Shown here in pieces: positions 6,680 to 16,624 of a DNA stretch of 54,627 bases (position 1 is the stretch's first letter; every line of letters begins with the position of its first letter). A model generated the notes under the pieces. That model worked only from the letters and a program-made list of their open reading frames with translations. It was not told where the DNA came from and searched no databases. The DNA lies in the IMG/VR virus record IMGVR_UViG_3300027741_000082, positions 1 through 54,627 of that record; one strand, written 5' to 3'. The DNA comes from a virus. Taxonomy: Duplodnaviria; Caudoviricetes. The position numbers and the translations under genes are program-made.

Positions 6680-9075
6680 TGGCAAAATCTCCCTTCAATA
6701 ACGTAGAAGATTCCTTGTACAACGGTCCTTTGTCCTCTGACCTTGGTGGCGCGGAGGTCGAGTTGCCGGAAGACGGTATTGACGAGAGCGATGATTTCAC
6801 GATTGAGGAGGATGAAGATGGTGGAGCTACAATCACTTTTGGCGACACAGATCCAGAGAAAATGGACATATCTTCACTCGGTTTTGGTGACAATTTGGCA
6901 CTGGTTCTGGATAACAGTGCTCTTGCAACCATCAGTCAGGATCTCTCGTCTGCTATTGATGAAGATGATTCAGGCCGTGAGGAATGGAAAAAGACTTACG
7001 AAGAGGGTCTTACTCTCCTTGGTCTTACGTATACAGAGCGCACTGAGCCGTTTAACGGATCGACTGGCGTAACCCATCCCCTGCTGAACGAGGCTGTCAC
7101 CCAGTTTCAGGCGCAGTCGTACAAAGAACTGCTCCCTGCGAGCGGCCCTGCCCGTGCGCGTATCGTTGGTAAGGTGACACCTGAGCGCGAACAGCAAGCT
7201 GACCGCGTCAAAAACTACATGAACTATCAGATTACGGAAGTCATGGAGGAGTATGACCCCGAGTTTGACCAGATGCTGTTCTATGTTGGCTACGGCGGCT
7301 CGGCTTTCAAGAAGGTTTACTACGATGGCGACTTCGGACGGGCTGTTAGCCCCTACATTTTGCCAAAAGATCTCATCGTTCCCTACGGTTCACGCGATTT
7401 GGCGACCGCAGAACGGGTAACCCATGTGTTACGGGTCTCGGAAAACGAACTCCGCAAGCAACAGGTCACCGGATTCTACCGTAATGTGGAGTTGACAGGC
7501 CCAACGGAGCCTGATCGTAGCGACATTGACGAAAAAATTGACCGGATTTCCGGGATCGAGCCGTCGGGTGACCCCAAAGACTACGTTTTGTGGGAGTGCC
7601 ACTGCTATTTGGACATCGAAGGCTTCGAAGATCTGGACGATGACGGCGAACCCACCGGGATCAAGCTGCCATACATCGTAACAATTGACTCTGACTCCGG
7701 CGACGTACTGGCAATCCGCCGCAACTACAAAAAAGATGACGTCCGGAAAAAGAAAAAGCAGTATTTTGTCCACTATAAGTTCCTTCCCGGCCTTGGCTTC
7801 TACGGTTTTGGCCTGATCCACCTGTTGGGCAACCTTGCCCGCAGCGGAACTTCCATTTTGCGCCAGCTAATCGACGCTGGTACGCTGGCAAACCTTCCTG
7901 CCGGGTTCAAAGCGCGTGGCTTGCGGATCCAAGATCAGGAATCCCCACTGCAACCGGGCGAATGGCGCGATGTCGACGCACCCGGCGGGGACTTGGCGCA
8001 GAATCTGCTGCCTTTGCCCTACAAAGAACCCTCTGCAACCCTGTTCCAGCTGCTCGGCTTCGTTGTTTCGTCGGCAGAGAAGTTCCTCGGGACTGCCGAT
8101 CTCGGTATGTCAGATGGCAACCAAGAGCTGCCAGTTGGAACCACCATCGCTTTGCTGGAACGTGGCTCTCGCGTCATGAGCGCGGTGCACAAGCGTCTGC
8201 ATTATGCCCAAAAGCAGGAGTTGCGGTTACTGGCTCAGGTGTTTGCCGAGTATATGCCTGACCAGTACCCATATGAGGTAGAAGGCGGCACTCCGGATAT
8301 TAAGCGTCAAGACTTTGACGACAAGATTGACATCCTGCCCGTCAGCGATCCCAACATCTTCAGCATGACCCAGCGTATCGCGCTGGCCCAGCAGCAGTTG
8401 CAGTTGGCAAAGGAAGCCCCGCAGCTGCATAACCAGTATGAGGCTTATCATCGCATGTATTCCGCACTCGATGTCCGGAATATTGACATGATCCTGCCAC
8501 CTCCCCCCCAGCCACAACCTCAAAGTCCGGCAATTGAAAATGCTCGTTCTATGCTTGTACCCAACGGTGCTCCTGCTCTTCAGGTTTTTCCGGATCAGGA
8601 CCATGTAGCCCACATTGAAGCGCATATGGCCTTCATCAAATCGCAGTTGATCCAGACTTCTCCGCAAGTCTACGGGATCTTGCTGGCCCACGTATTTGAG
8701 CATGTATCAATGGCAGCGCATGAGATGATCATGCAACAGATGCAGCAGTTACAGGGAGCCCCCATGCCTCCGCCCGAGGCCCTTATGAAACAACAGGCGC
8801 AGATCGAAGCGCAGATGATCGACAAGGTTATGGCAGATCTCAACCCACCGAAGGGCGCAGATCCGCTGATTGAGCTTCAGGCCAAGGACTTGGAAATCCG
8901 CGACAGAGCTGTTAAACAGAAGGCGGAAGAGGCTGCACTTCGTATCGACCTTGATGAGCGTCGTCTGGCTGCTAAGGAACGGGCAGATGAGGAGCGTCGT
9001 AACTCGAACGAGGACATCTCACAGCTTCGTGCCAACGTATCTCTTGCGAGAGCCCATGTAGCTAAAAGGCCCTGA
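6679..9075 (+). CDS. Portal protein
   Basis: 798 aa directly after terL; HPLL.EAV.QFQA, FKKVYYD, FYGFGLIH motifs of podoviral portals. Confidence 0.9.
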   Translation: MAKSPFNNVEDSLYNGPLSSDLGGAEVELPEDGIDESDDFTIEEDEDGGATITFGDTDPEKMDISSLGFGDNLALVLDNSALATISQDLSSAIDEDDSGREEWKKTYEEGLTLLGLTYTERTEPFNGSTGVTHPLLNEAVTQFQAQSYKELLPASGPARARIVGKVTPEREQQADRVKNYMNYQITEVMEEYDPEFDQMLFYVGYGGSAFKKVYYDGDFGRAVSPYILPKDLIVPYGSRDLATAERVTHVLRVSENELRKQQVTGFYRNVELTGPTEPDRSDIDEKIDRISGIEPSGDPKDYVLWECHCYLDIEGFEDLDDDGEPTGIKLPYIVTIDSDSGDVLAIRRNYKKDDVRKKKKQYFVHYKFLPGLGFYGFGLIHLLGNLARSGTSILRQLIDAGTLANLPAGFKARGLRIQDQESPLQPGEWRDVDAPGGDLAQNLLPLPYKEPSATLFQLLGFVVSSAEKFLGTADLGMSDGNQELPVGTTIALLERGSRVMSAVHKRLHYAQKQELRLLAQVFAEYMPDQYPYEVEGGTPDIKRQDFDDKIDILPVSDPNIFSMTQRIALAQQQLQLAKEAPQLHNQYEAYHRMYSALDVRNIDMILPPPPQPQPQSPAIENARSMLVPNGAPALQVFPDQDHVAHIEAHMAFIKSQLIQTSPQVYGILLAHVFEHVSMAAHEMIMQQMQQLQGAPMPPPEALMKQQAQIEAQMIDKVMADLNPPKGADPLIELQAKDLEIRDRAVKQKAEEAALRIDLDERRLAAKERADEERRNSNEDISQLRANVSLARAHVAKRP

Positions 9076-9077
9076 CG

Positions 9078-10325
9078 ATGGTAGACAAAGCTCAGTACTT
9101 CCGTTCCCTTGAAGACCGCTATGGCTTGCCTGAGGGTTACCTCAGCCGGACGGAAACTATTGAAAGTCAGGGGAATGTACGGGCTTACAACAAGAACTCC
9201 GGGGCGGCTGGTCCCTTTCAGTTCGTCCCGAAGAGTCAAAAAGAGTTCAACCTTAAAGACCCCTACAGCTTGGAAGAGTCTGCCGAAGCAGCGGCCCGTA
9301 TGGCTGCTCGGAACAAGGTTTCTTTACAGCGTCAGGGTATTGAAAACCCAACAGCCGCCGATTTGTACGCGGCCCATCAGCAAGGGGCCAAAGGTTATGT
9401 TGATCTTTTGAGGGCCGGAGACCAGCCAGCGTCAAAGGTTGTTGGAGAAGATGCTGTTGTGTGGAACGGCGGCAAGCCCAATATGTCTGCCTCCGAGTTT
9501 GCAAACAAAATTACTAATAAGTTTTCCGGAGACGCCTCATCTCAACCCAAAACTTTTAGCCCTCCTTCTGCCGGAGTATTAGAGAAGCCTAAGGTTGACG
9601 TTGCAGAAACACCTGAGCAAGCAGCCGCCCTCGAAGGTCAGCAAGCAGCTTTGTCTACGCAGGATGTTTTGGATACCGCCAACGCTTCCTCGGGGCGATC
9701 CGGAAACGGCTTGAAAGAACTTGGGTTCCTCCACAACTATTTCAAATCCCTTGATACCAGTGCCACGGGGGTGAAGCCCTTAGCTGTTCCTGACTTTTTT
9801 CTCCAGCAAAGGTATAAGGAAGGTGGTATTGTTTCCTTAAAGGAGAATGCCAAGCAGGGTCGTGCTACTGGTATTGCCGGTATTGTTGACACACAAACAA
9901 AAAATGATAAAACTTACTTTCGCGGAATGTCTAACCGCGAATACAGGAGCTTTAAAAAAACAGGTCACATAAAAAGCACGGGTGAATATAATGTTGGCAG
10001 TAGTGAAAAAGGGTTGACATTTTTTTCAAAAGACCCCGCTGAGGCTGCATTTTATGCTCACGAATACGCACCCCTAAAATACAAGGCAACAGCAACAAAA
10101 CCCGCTTATGTTGTTGAGGCAAAAATACATGATTCAAAAAAGAAAATAGATGCGCCCGGCGGTGTTGGAGTTAATGGGAAAATACATGAAAAACATGTTG
10201 TTTCTGTGCATCGTGGTAGGCCAACCGAAAATGGAATGGAATGGGCAACCATTCACTCACCATCTGACCCAGTTAAAAAAATTCAATCTATAGCTGTGTT
10301 AAGTCAAATTAGAAAAGGTCTTTAA
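9078..10325 (+). CDS. Virion transglycosylase (lysozyme-like) fused to an ART-like C-terminal domain
   Basis: N-terminal IES..A.G.FQF..LYAAHQQG; C-terminal YFRG..FFSKDPAEAAFYA..YVVE. Confidence 0.7.
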   Translation: MVDKAQYFRSLEDRYGLPEGYLSRTETIESQGNVRAYNKNSGAAGPFQFVPKSQKEFNLKDPYSLEESAEAAARMAARNKVSLQRQGIENPTAADLYAAHQQGAKGYVDLLRAGDQPASKVVGEDAVVWNGGKPNMSASEFANKITNKFSGDASSQPKTFSPPSAGVLEKPKVDVAETPEQAAALEGQQAALSTQDVLDTANASSGRSGNGLKELGFLHNYFKSLDTSATGVKPLAVPDFFLQQRYKEGGIVSLKENAKQGRATGIAGIVDTQTKNDKTYFRGMSNREYRSFKKTGHIKSTGEYNVGSSEKGLTFFSKDPAEAAFYAHEYAPLKYKATATKPAYVVEAKIHDSKKKIDAPGGVGVNGKIHEKHVVSVHRGRPTENGMEWATIHSPSDPVKKIQSIAVLSQIRKGL

Positions 10326-10327
10326 TC

Positions 10328-12241
10328 ATGGCTGATAATTATCAGGGGGTATTAAAGGGATTAGCAAGTTTAAATTCAGGGCTTGATTCAGCCGGAAGAT
10401 TTAACGCGCAAAATTATTTGATGAGTAATTTGCAAGAAGGGCAAATGATAATTCCTGCCGATGTTTTAAAGGCACACCCAGAGTTACAATCATCTTTAAA
10501 CCAAATTCTCTCATCTCATGACATGAATAGCAATCAGTTTTTGGTTGGAGATGAGGGTATGAGGTATACTGGATTTGGCCCGCAGATTCATTTAGGATCT
10601 GGATGGACCACTGGAAGTGCTGCTTACGGACCATATAGCGGTCAAACAACAGACGTTAATTTTCAAAACGCCTTTGCCGGTCCATACCTAGAAAACAATC
10701 CTGTTTCCCCAGATCAATATGATTTACGGGCAGACTTACCATCTCTCAAAAGTCAGCCTGTAAATCATATTGATACACAAAATGAAGATTATAAATTTGA
10801 CCAAACGGAACCCACTTCACAGGTTTTAAACACTGGGTTTAAAACCCAACCTGATGTGGTGACAGCACAACCGATTTTGCCAGATTTTGGTGATGTTCAT
10901 GTATTGCCACCAGATCCGCGTTCAGACTATACATTTTTTAATGTACAACCCAACCCAACAACTGATTTTATCAAAACCGCACAAGACACGGGCGATCAAG
11001 CTCTTAATCTAGGGGATCAATCAAAATATACATATCAGCCAGTCACCACTGACCCAGCGGGTGGAGTTAGCGGGGGTAGCAACGCTACAAAGGATATGAG
11101 CATAAGTTTTGTTAATCGAGACGATTTAGACCCACAAGAGCAGGCTAACGTTAACAAAGCTTTTGCTGCCATGCAAACCAATACGCAAACACCAACGTTT
11201 GAACAAAACCCGCTTTTAACAAAACCAGATCCAGGTTATGAAGAAAATAAATTTAACCAAACCAATACACCGACAACATTTTCATTAACAGAAACGGACA
11301 CGGACGCTACTAGCCCTAAAATAGACCGGCAGACTATTGATGAAGTTATTAAAAATGAGCCAGTTATTAAAAATGAGCCAGTTATTAAAAAAGAGCCAGT
11401 TGTTGAAAGAAGTTCAGACGTTGCAAAAACGCTTGATTTTTTACAGGCAAAAGATGAGGCTGAAGCGCAAGAGTGGAAAGATTATAACCAGCGTGTGTTA
11501 GAAAATGCCAAGGGTATTGGCAATATGGTTGATACCCTAAGTGGCACAAATTTAACACAAACCGTTATGGACGCAATTACAACTTCATTACAAAATAAAC
11601 AAAATGAGAACGCAGAATTAACCAAGGATCTTTTAAAAAATCCACTAACAAGTAACAATACGATTGATCTTCTTAAAGATTCTTTAACCAAGGATCAAGA
11701 AACAATCGATGCTTTTAAAAAATCCACTACCCAAACCGTCGTTGATACAACTACCGATGGAAAAACTACTACCGATGGAAAAACTACTACCGATGGAAAA
11801 ACTACTACCGATGGAAAAACTACTACCGACGGAAAAACTACTACCGACGGAAAAACTACTACCGACGGAAAAACTAGTTTAGACGATGGTACTGGCAAAG
11901 GGAAAGGACCGGGAGATGGTACTGACGATGGTACTGGCAAAGGGAAAGGACCGGGAGATGGTACTGACGATAGCTCTAAGACTCCACCAAAAGACATTAT
12001 TATAAACCCAAAAGAGCCGTATCAGGAACCTAAAATTGTTTCATTGGAGACAAACACAACCAAAACCGTGTCCCCAGTAAAATATGATGTTTCAAAATTT
12101 CTTGGGAGCTTGGGGAAACCTACTCCTACTGCCTCCGTATATAAATCGCATCCTATATCAGTGGCTCCTACTCAACTTGGTATAGGACAGTTCTATAAAC
12201 CATACTTCCCACTTGTTCCCTACCAAAGGAGATACCCATGA
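10328..12241 (+). CDS. Thr/Asp-rich repeat-containing protein, putative internal virion protein
   Basis: 637-aa ORF with AT-rich codons; TTTDGK x7, DDGTGKGKGPGDGT x2, VIK(N/K)EP x3. Confidence 0.75.
   Translation: MADNYQGVLKGLASLNSGLDSAGRFNAQNYLMSNLQEGQMIIPADVLKAHPELQSSLNQILSSHDMNSNQFLVGDEGMRYTGFGPQIHLGSGWTTGSAAYGPYSGQTTDVNFQNAFAGPYLENNPVSPDQYDLRADLPSLKSQPVNHIDTQNEDYKFDQTEPTSQVLNTGFKTQPDVVTAQPILPDFGDVHVLPPDPRSDYTFFNVQPNPTTDFIKTAQDTGDQALNLGDQSKYTYQPVTTDPAGGVSGGSNATKDMSISFVNRDDLDPQEQANVNKAFAAMQTNTQTPTFEQNPLLTKPDPGYEENKFNQTNTPTTFSLTETDTDATSPKIDRQTIDEVIKNEPVIKNEPVIKKEPVVERSSDVAKTLDFLQAKDEAEAQEWKDYNQRVLENAKGIGNMVDTLSGTNLTQTVMDAITTSLQNKQNENAELTKDLLKNPLTSNNTIDLLKDSLTKDQETIDAFKKSTTQTVVDTTTDGKTTTDGKTTTDGKTTTDGKTTTDGKTTTDGKTTTDGKTSLDDGTGKGKGPGDGTDDGTGKGKGPGDGTDDSSKTPPKDIIINPKEPYQEPKIVSLETNTTKTVSPVKYDVSKFLGSLGKPTPTASVYKSHPISVAPTQLGIGQFYKPYFPLVPYQRRYP
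11345..11398 (+). repeat. 18-bp tandem repeat x3
   Basis: GTTATTAAAAA(T/A)GAGCCA. Confidence 0.95.
11747..11965 (+). repeat. 18-bp tandem repeat x7 followed by 42-bp repeat x2
   Basis: ACTACTACCGA(T/C)GGAAAA 11747-11872; GACGATGGTACTGGCAAAGGGAAAGGACCGGGAGATGGTACT 11882-11965. Confidence 0.95.
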
Positions 12242-12426
12242 AGTCCCCAATCCAAAGTGCTAAACAAAAGGATGTTCCAATCATCCACGATCTGGAAATC
12301 GTTAATCAAGGCACGATTCCTTACAAGCATCAAGAAGATGTCCCTGTCACCCCTGCTCCTAAAGGTCGTCAGGAAGCGCGTGGATTTGGTCTTCAGATGC
12401 GTCCAGTCAAATATCTCGTACGGTAA
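12238..12426 (+). CDS. Small hypothetical late protein
   Basis: AGGAG RBS, ATGA overlap, ARGFG motif. Confidence 0.7.
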   Translation: MKSPIQSAKQKDVPIIHDLEIVNQGTIPYKHQEDVPVTPAPKGRQEARGFGLQMRPVKYLVR

Positions 12427-12431
12427 AAACC

Positions 12432-12731
12432 ATGGCAAAGACCCCAGCTTGGACTCGTTCAGAGGGCAAGAACCCAAAAGGTGGGCTCAATGCCAAGGGC
12501 CGTGCCTCTGCCAAGGCACAGGGGCATAACCTCAAGCCACCCGTTCTCAAGGGTGACAACCCACGTCGGGCAAGCTTCCTTGCTCGCATGGGAAACATGC
12601 CGGGACCAGAGCGGGATGAGAAAGGCAAGCCAACCCGCTTGCTGAAGTCTCTTCAGGTGTGGGGTGCTTCCTCTAAAGCGGATGCCAAGGCAAAGGCTGC
12701 GGCAATCAGCAAAAGGAATAAGGGCAAATGA
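12432..12731 (+). CDS. Small basic phage protein (DUF6321-like)
   Basis: AWTRSEGKNPKGGLNAKGRAS..RRASFLARM motif. Confidence 0.7.
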   Translation: MAKTPAWTRSEGKNPKGGLNAKGRASAKAQGHNLKPPVLKGDNPRRASFLARMGNMPGPERDEKGKPTRLLKSLQVWGASSKADAKAKAAAISKRNKGK

Positions 12732-12886
12732 AAAAACCTGTTTGGTCAAAACCACGGCCCAAGGAACTAGGTAAGTCTAAACCCTTATCCTCAGCACAAA
12801 AGGCTTCGGCCAAAGCCGCTGCTAAAGCTGCCGGACGACCCTACCCAAATCTTGTCGATAACATGAGAGCTGCAAAGAAAAAGTGA
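12728..12886 (+). CDS. Small basic protein, 52 aa (not in ORF track)
   Basis: MKKPVWSKPRPK..GRPYPNLVDNMRAAKKK; ATGA overlap, fills the gap exactly. Confidence 0.75.
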   Translation: MKKPVWSKPRPKELGKSKPLSSAQKASAKAAAKAAGRPYPNLVDNMRAAKKK

Positions 12887-12887
12887 T

Positions 12888-13358
12888 ATGGATCCTTTAA
12901 CCGTACTAGCCCTTGCCCAAACAGCTTTCTCAGGTTTGAAAGCGGGCATTGCTGCGGGCAAAGAGATTCAACATGTCGCCAAAGACTTGTCCGATTTGTG
13001 GGGTAGCCTTGCAAAGCTAACGCAGATTGCTGCGGAACCACCCCGCAAGTCCCTATTCTCAAATAAATCTGTGGAACAGATTGCTATTGAGAGGTATACG
13101 GCAAAAGCAGAAGCTCAAGATTTGGCCGCAAAAGCCAAGAATATGTTTGTCGGACAGTTTGGATTAGCGGCGTGGGATCAAGTGCAAAGAGAAGTCATCA
13201 ATATTCGTAAAGAGATTGAGCGGGAAAAGTACGCGGCGGAAAAGGCCCGTGCTGCAAAGCTTGAGGAAATTCGCGACGCTGCGGTCGTCACACTAATTGT
13301 TCTGGGCCTTGTATCGGTGATGGGCCTTGTTGGTATGGCTTTACTAATAAGAGGATGA
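12888..13358 (+). CDS. Membrane protein with C-terminal TM helix
   Basis: Coiled coil followed by VVTLIVLGLVSVMGLVGMALLI. Confidence 0.7.
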   Translation: MDPLTVLALAQTAFSGLKAGIAAGKEIQHVAKDLSDLWGSLAKLTQIAAEPPRKSLFSNKSVEQIAIERYTAKAEAQDLAAKAKNMFVGQFGLAAWDQVQREVINIRKEIEREKYAAEKARAAKLEEIRDAAVVTLIVLGLVSVMGLVGMALLIRG

Positions 13359-13363
13359 AATGA

Positions 13364-13882
13364 ATGGATCTTTCAAAAATCGGTGGCCTTTTGGGCCAAG
13401 TAGCTCCTACTATAGCTACAGCTTTGGGTGGCCCTTTGGCGGGGTTAGCGGTCAAGACCATTTCGGAGGCGATGTTCGGACATCCGGATGCAAACGAATC
13501 CGAAGTGTCAGCCGCTCTAATGGGCGCAACGCCAGAGCAGCTTCAGAAGCTGAAAGAAACCGACGCCACCTTCAAGTTAAAAATGAAGGAGCTGGACATT
13601 GATCTTGAGCGTATCTCGGCAGCGGATCGTGACTCTGCCCGGAATATGCAGATCCATACCAACGACTGGATCCCCCGTGTCCTTGCCATCATGATCACTG
13701 TTGGTTTCTTTGGCATCTTGGTTTGGATGTTGCTGAAGGGTATGCCGCCGACGGGAACCGAAGCACTCCTGATGATGCTCGGTGCGCTGGGGACAGCTTG
13801 GACTGGGGTTGTTAATTTTTACTATGGGTCATCTGCTGGGAGCAAAGCTAAAACGGAAGCCATGCAAAAACCAAGGGAGTAA
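13364..13882 (+). CDS. Putative holin (3TM / GTA-holin-like)
   Basis: APTIATALGGPLAG, DRDSAR, two C-terminal TM helices, FYYGSS. Confidence 0.65.
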   Translation: MDLSKIGGLLGQVAPTIATALGGPLAGLAVKTISEAMFGHPDANESEVSAALMGATPEQLQKLKETDATFKLKMKELDIDLERISAADRDSARNMQIHTNDWIPRVLAIMITVGFFGILVWMLLKGMPPTGTEALLMMLGALGTAWTGVVNFYYGSSAGSKAKTEAMQKPRE

Positions 13883-13884
13883 TT

Positions 13885-14085
13885 GTGAGCGATCTTTACA
13901 TTGTTGACAGATTGTTTAAAGTGATTCGAGAGCGGAGAGACGTAGTTGAAGAGGCGGTAACAAAAGGCCCCGTCTCAGACTTCTCCGCTTTCAGACACCT
14001 TCGGGGTAAACTCGAAGTGTGGGATGAGATCGAGAATGAGCTGCGCCTTTTGCTAAAAAATGAAAGAGACAGAGACAATGAGTAA
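13885..14085 (+). CDS. Small hypothetical protein
   Basis: GGGAG RBS; in operon just before groES. Confidence 0.7.
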   Translation: MSDLYIVDRLFKVIRERRDVVEEAVTKGPVSDFSAFRHLRGKLEVWDEIENELRLLLKNERDRDNE

Positions 14086-14581
14086 TCTGATTCTACCCGA
14101 CCATGTTCAAAAGAAACTGAACGCCAAGGCCCCTGAGCCAGTCACTAATCCGGACCTTCTCAAGGAAGAACCCAAAGGTGCTTTGGGTCAGGCCTTTGTC
14201 CTCCCGGAAGAGGTCGTTCTCGACCCAACCAAGATCCCTCAGTCAGCCCTAGCACGATTGCCCCAGCCTACGGGTTGGCGACTTCTTGTGTTGCCCTATC
14301 GCGGCGCAGGAAAAACCAAGGGCGGAGTACATCTTGCTGAGGAATACGTAGAGCGTCAATCATTGGCAACCGTGGTTGCCTATGTTCTTGCCGTTGGACC
14401 AACAGCCTACAAGGATAAAGACAAGTTTCCTGATGGGCCGTGGTGCAAGCAGGGGGACTGGATTATGCTTGGGCGGTATGCCGGGGCACGGTTCCGTATC
14501 GAAGGCGGAGAAGTCCGCATCCTTAACGATGACGAGATCATCGCAACCATCTCTGATCCGGCGGACATCTTGAACGTCTGA
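14078..14581 (+). CDS. groES: Co-chaperonin GroES with N-terminal extension
   Basis: P.PTGWRLLV..TKGG..VLAVGP..GD.I...YAG..RILNDDEIIATI. Confidence 0.9.
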   Translation: MSNLILPDHVQKKLNAKAPEPVTNPDLLKEEPKGALGQAFVLPEEVVLDPTKIPQSALARLPQPTGWRLLVLPYRGAGKTKGGVHLAEEYVERQSLATVVAYVLAVGPTAYKDKDKFPDGPWCKQGDWIMLGRYAGARFRIEGGEVRILNDDEIIATISDPADILNV

Positions 14582-14604
14582 TCAGTGCAGCAACGGAGAT
14601 TGCT

Positions 14605-15513
14605 ATGAGTGAAGAAGACAAAGTCGAAGACGGCTCCATTGAGATCACCTTAGAAGATGATGGTGACGAAAAAGGAGAAGTCGAGGTTGAGGTTGCGGCA
14701 AAGCCGGAACCGGAGCTTGAGCGACGGCCCTCTCGTGATGACCAAGACCTTGAGGAGCATTCCGACAAGGTTAAGAAGCGTATCGACAAGCTGACCTTTA
14801 AGATCCGGGAAGCCGAGCGTCGCGAACGAGCGGCTCTTGATTTTGCCCGTGGGTTGAAGGGTGAGCTTGATAACTATAAGCAAAAAGCAACGATTTTGGA
14901 CCAGACGTTGGTCCAAGAGTTTGATAACCGCATTCGGTCTCAGGAACGGCTGGCCAAGGATAGGCTGAAACAAGCCATCGATATGGGTGATTCTGATGCC
15001 CAGATCGAGGCACAATCCCTTCTTGCAAACGTCGCCGTAGAAAACGAACGCTTGCGTGTCACCCGTTTGCGTCGGGAACAGGAGGATGTTGCGGAGCGTC
15101 AGCGGTATGAGCGGGAAGCTCGTGCCCCTCAAGAGGCTCCTCGCCAGCTGCAACCTGATCCAAAGGCTCAAGGCTGGGCAGAGAAAAACGAGTGGTTTGG
15201 TGCTGATCGTGCCATGACCGCTACGGCTTATGCCATTCATGAGGATTTAGTGACTCGTGAAGGCTACGACCCAACCAGCGATGAGTATTACGACGAGCTT
15301 GATCATCGCATGCGGCAAGATTTTCCCCACAAGTTCAAAAGATCGGAGCCCGCAGAACGGCCCCAGTCTCCCGTGGCTTCGGCCCGATCCACCGCAAAAC
15401 CCAGCCAGCGCAAGATTTCTCTGACCCCAAGTCAGGTAAGGATTGCCAAAGCACTCAATGTTAGTTTAGAAGAGTATGCGAAGCATGCTCGTAAGCAGAT
15501 GTTAGGACAATGA
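14605..15513 (+). CDS. Capsid scaffolding protein
   Basis: Acidic N-terminus, long coiled coil, C-terminal LTPSQVRIAKALNVSLEEYAK; upstream of the capsid genes. Confidence 0.7.
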   Translation: MSEEDKVEDGSIEITLEDDGDEKGEVEVEVAAKPEPELERRPSRDDQDLEEHSDKVKKRIDKLTFKIREAERRERAALDFARGLKGELDNYKQKATILDQTLVQEFDNRIRSQERLAKDRLKQAIDMGDSDAQIEAQSLLANVAVENERLRVTRLRREQEDVAERQRYEREARAPQEAPRQLQPDPKAQGWAEKNEWFGADRAMTATAYAIHEDLVTREGYDPTSDEYYDELDHRMRQDFPHKFKRSEPAERPQSPVASARSTAKPSQRKISLTPSQVRIAKALNVSLEEYAKHARKQMLGQ

Positions 15514-15977
15514 TTATGTCAGTTGACCGTACACCTCGTTCCGAGAATGCCCGAGCCAAACAAGCTCGCCCTCAAGTTTGGAGACCCCCGTCCTCGTTGG
15601 ACGCACCCCCCGCACCGGAGGGTTACAAGCATCGCTGGGTTCGTATGGAGACCAGCGGCTTTGACGATAAAAAGAATCTCCATTCCCGCTTACGCGAAGG
15701 CTTTGAACTTGTTCGCGCTGATGAGTTTCCGGACTTTGATCTTCCTACCATTAATGATGGCAAGCATGCCGGAGTTATTGCGGTAGGTGGATTAGTCCTA
15801 GCGCGTATCCCAGATGATCTTGTCAGACAACGGGAAGCGTACTACCGCAACCAAGCCCAACAGCAGATGGATGCGGTTGATAACGACCTGATGCGAGACC
15901 AGCACTCTTCAATGCCGATCAGTAAGCCAGATCGTCAAACTCGTGTAACCTTCGGTGGAAATCGTTCCGCCGGATAA
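15510..15977 (+). CDS. Head-module hypothetical protein
   Basis: WRPPSSLDAPPAPEGYKHRWVR; between scaffold and capsid genes. Confidence 0.75.
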   Translation: MIMSVDRTPRSENARAKQARPQVWRPPSSLDAPPAPEGYKHRWVRMETSGFDDKKNLHSRLREGFELVRADEFPDFDLPTINDGKHAGVIAVGGLVLARIPDDLVRQREAYYRNQAQQQMDAVDNDLMRDQHSSMPISKPDRQTRVTFGGNRSAG

Positions 15978-15996
15978 TTTCAAAAGGATCTAAGCA

Positions 15997-16611
15997 ATGG
16001 CAAATATCAATGCCACTTTCGGGCTTCGCCCGTATCGTATGCTTGGAAGCGGTGCTAACACCAACGGCGACAGCACATATCTGATTCAGACCGCAGCTAC
16101 TGCGGGTACGTCCAGCTCCATCTACTGCGGCGCACCTGTCATTCCGCTGACTAACGGTATGATCGATCTCCCTGCTACTGCCACCGGCGGTACAGTACCT
16201 ATTCTGGGTGTCTTCCTCGGTTGTAACTACATTGATTTGACAGGCAAGCCCCGCTGGTCGCCATATTGGCCCGGCACTTCGGCTGTCTATGCAAACTCAA
16301 TTGCTACGGCAACTGTGGTCTCTAACCCTGACCAGCTGTTCTTGATCAACACAGACGCTGCTGCGGCTGATTCGATTGTCCACGCAAACGCCAACTTCGC
16401 AACCGCCATCACTGGCAGCGCGATCACTGGTTCGTATGCAAAGCTGGCAGTTTCAACGGTAGCAACTACCAACACTCTCAACCTCCGCATCATTGGCTTC
16501 GAGGATACTCCTTTCAATACTGATGCTTCGGTTGCTGGTCGTCTGGCGATTGTGCTGCTCAACAATCACTTCTATCGCTACAATGCCAACGGCACTGGCG
16601 CGGGCGTTTAA
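15997..16611 (+). CDS. Capsid decoration / minor capsid protein
   Basis: MAN..FGLRP start, beta-rich, directly upstream of MCP. Confidence 0.65.
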   Translation: MANINATFGLRPYRMLGSGANTNGDSTYLIQTAATAGTSSSIYCGAPVIPLTNGMIDLPATATGGTVPILGVFLGCNYIDLTGKPRWSPYWPGTSAVYANSIATATVVSNPDQLFLINTDAAAADSIVHANANFATAITGSAITGSYAKLAVSTVATTNTLNLRIIGFEDTPFNTDASVAGRLAIVLLNNHFYRYNANGTGAGV

Positions 16612-16624
16612 GGAGATTTGAACA

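Noticed and set aside
11747-11965. Possible CRISPR array
   Set aside because: Head-to-tail in-frame coding repeats with no unique spacers, and no cas genes
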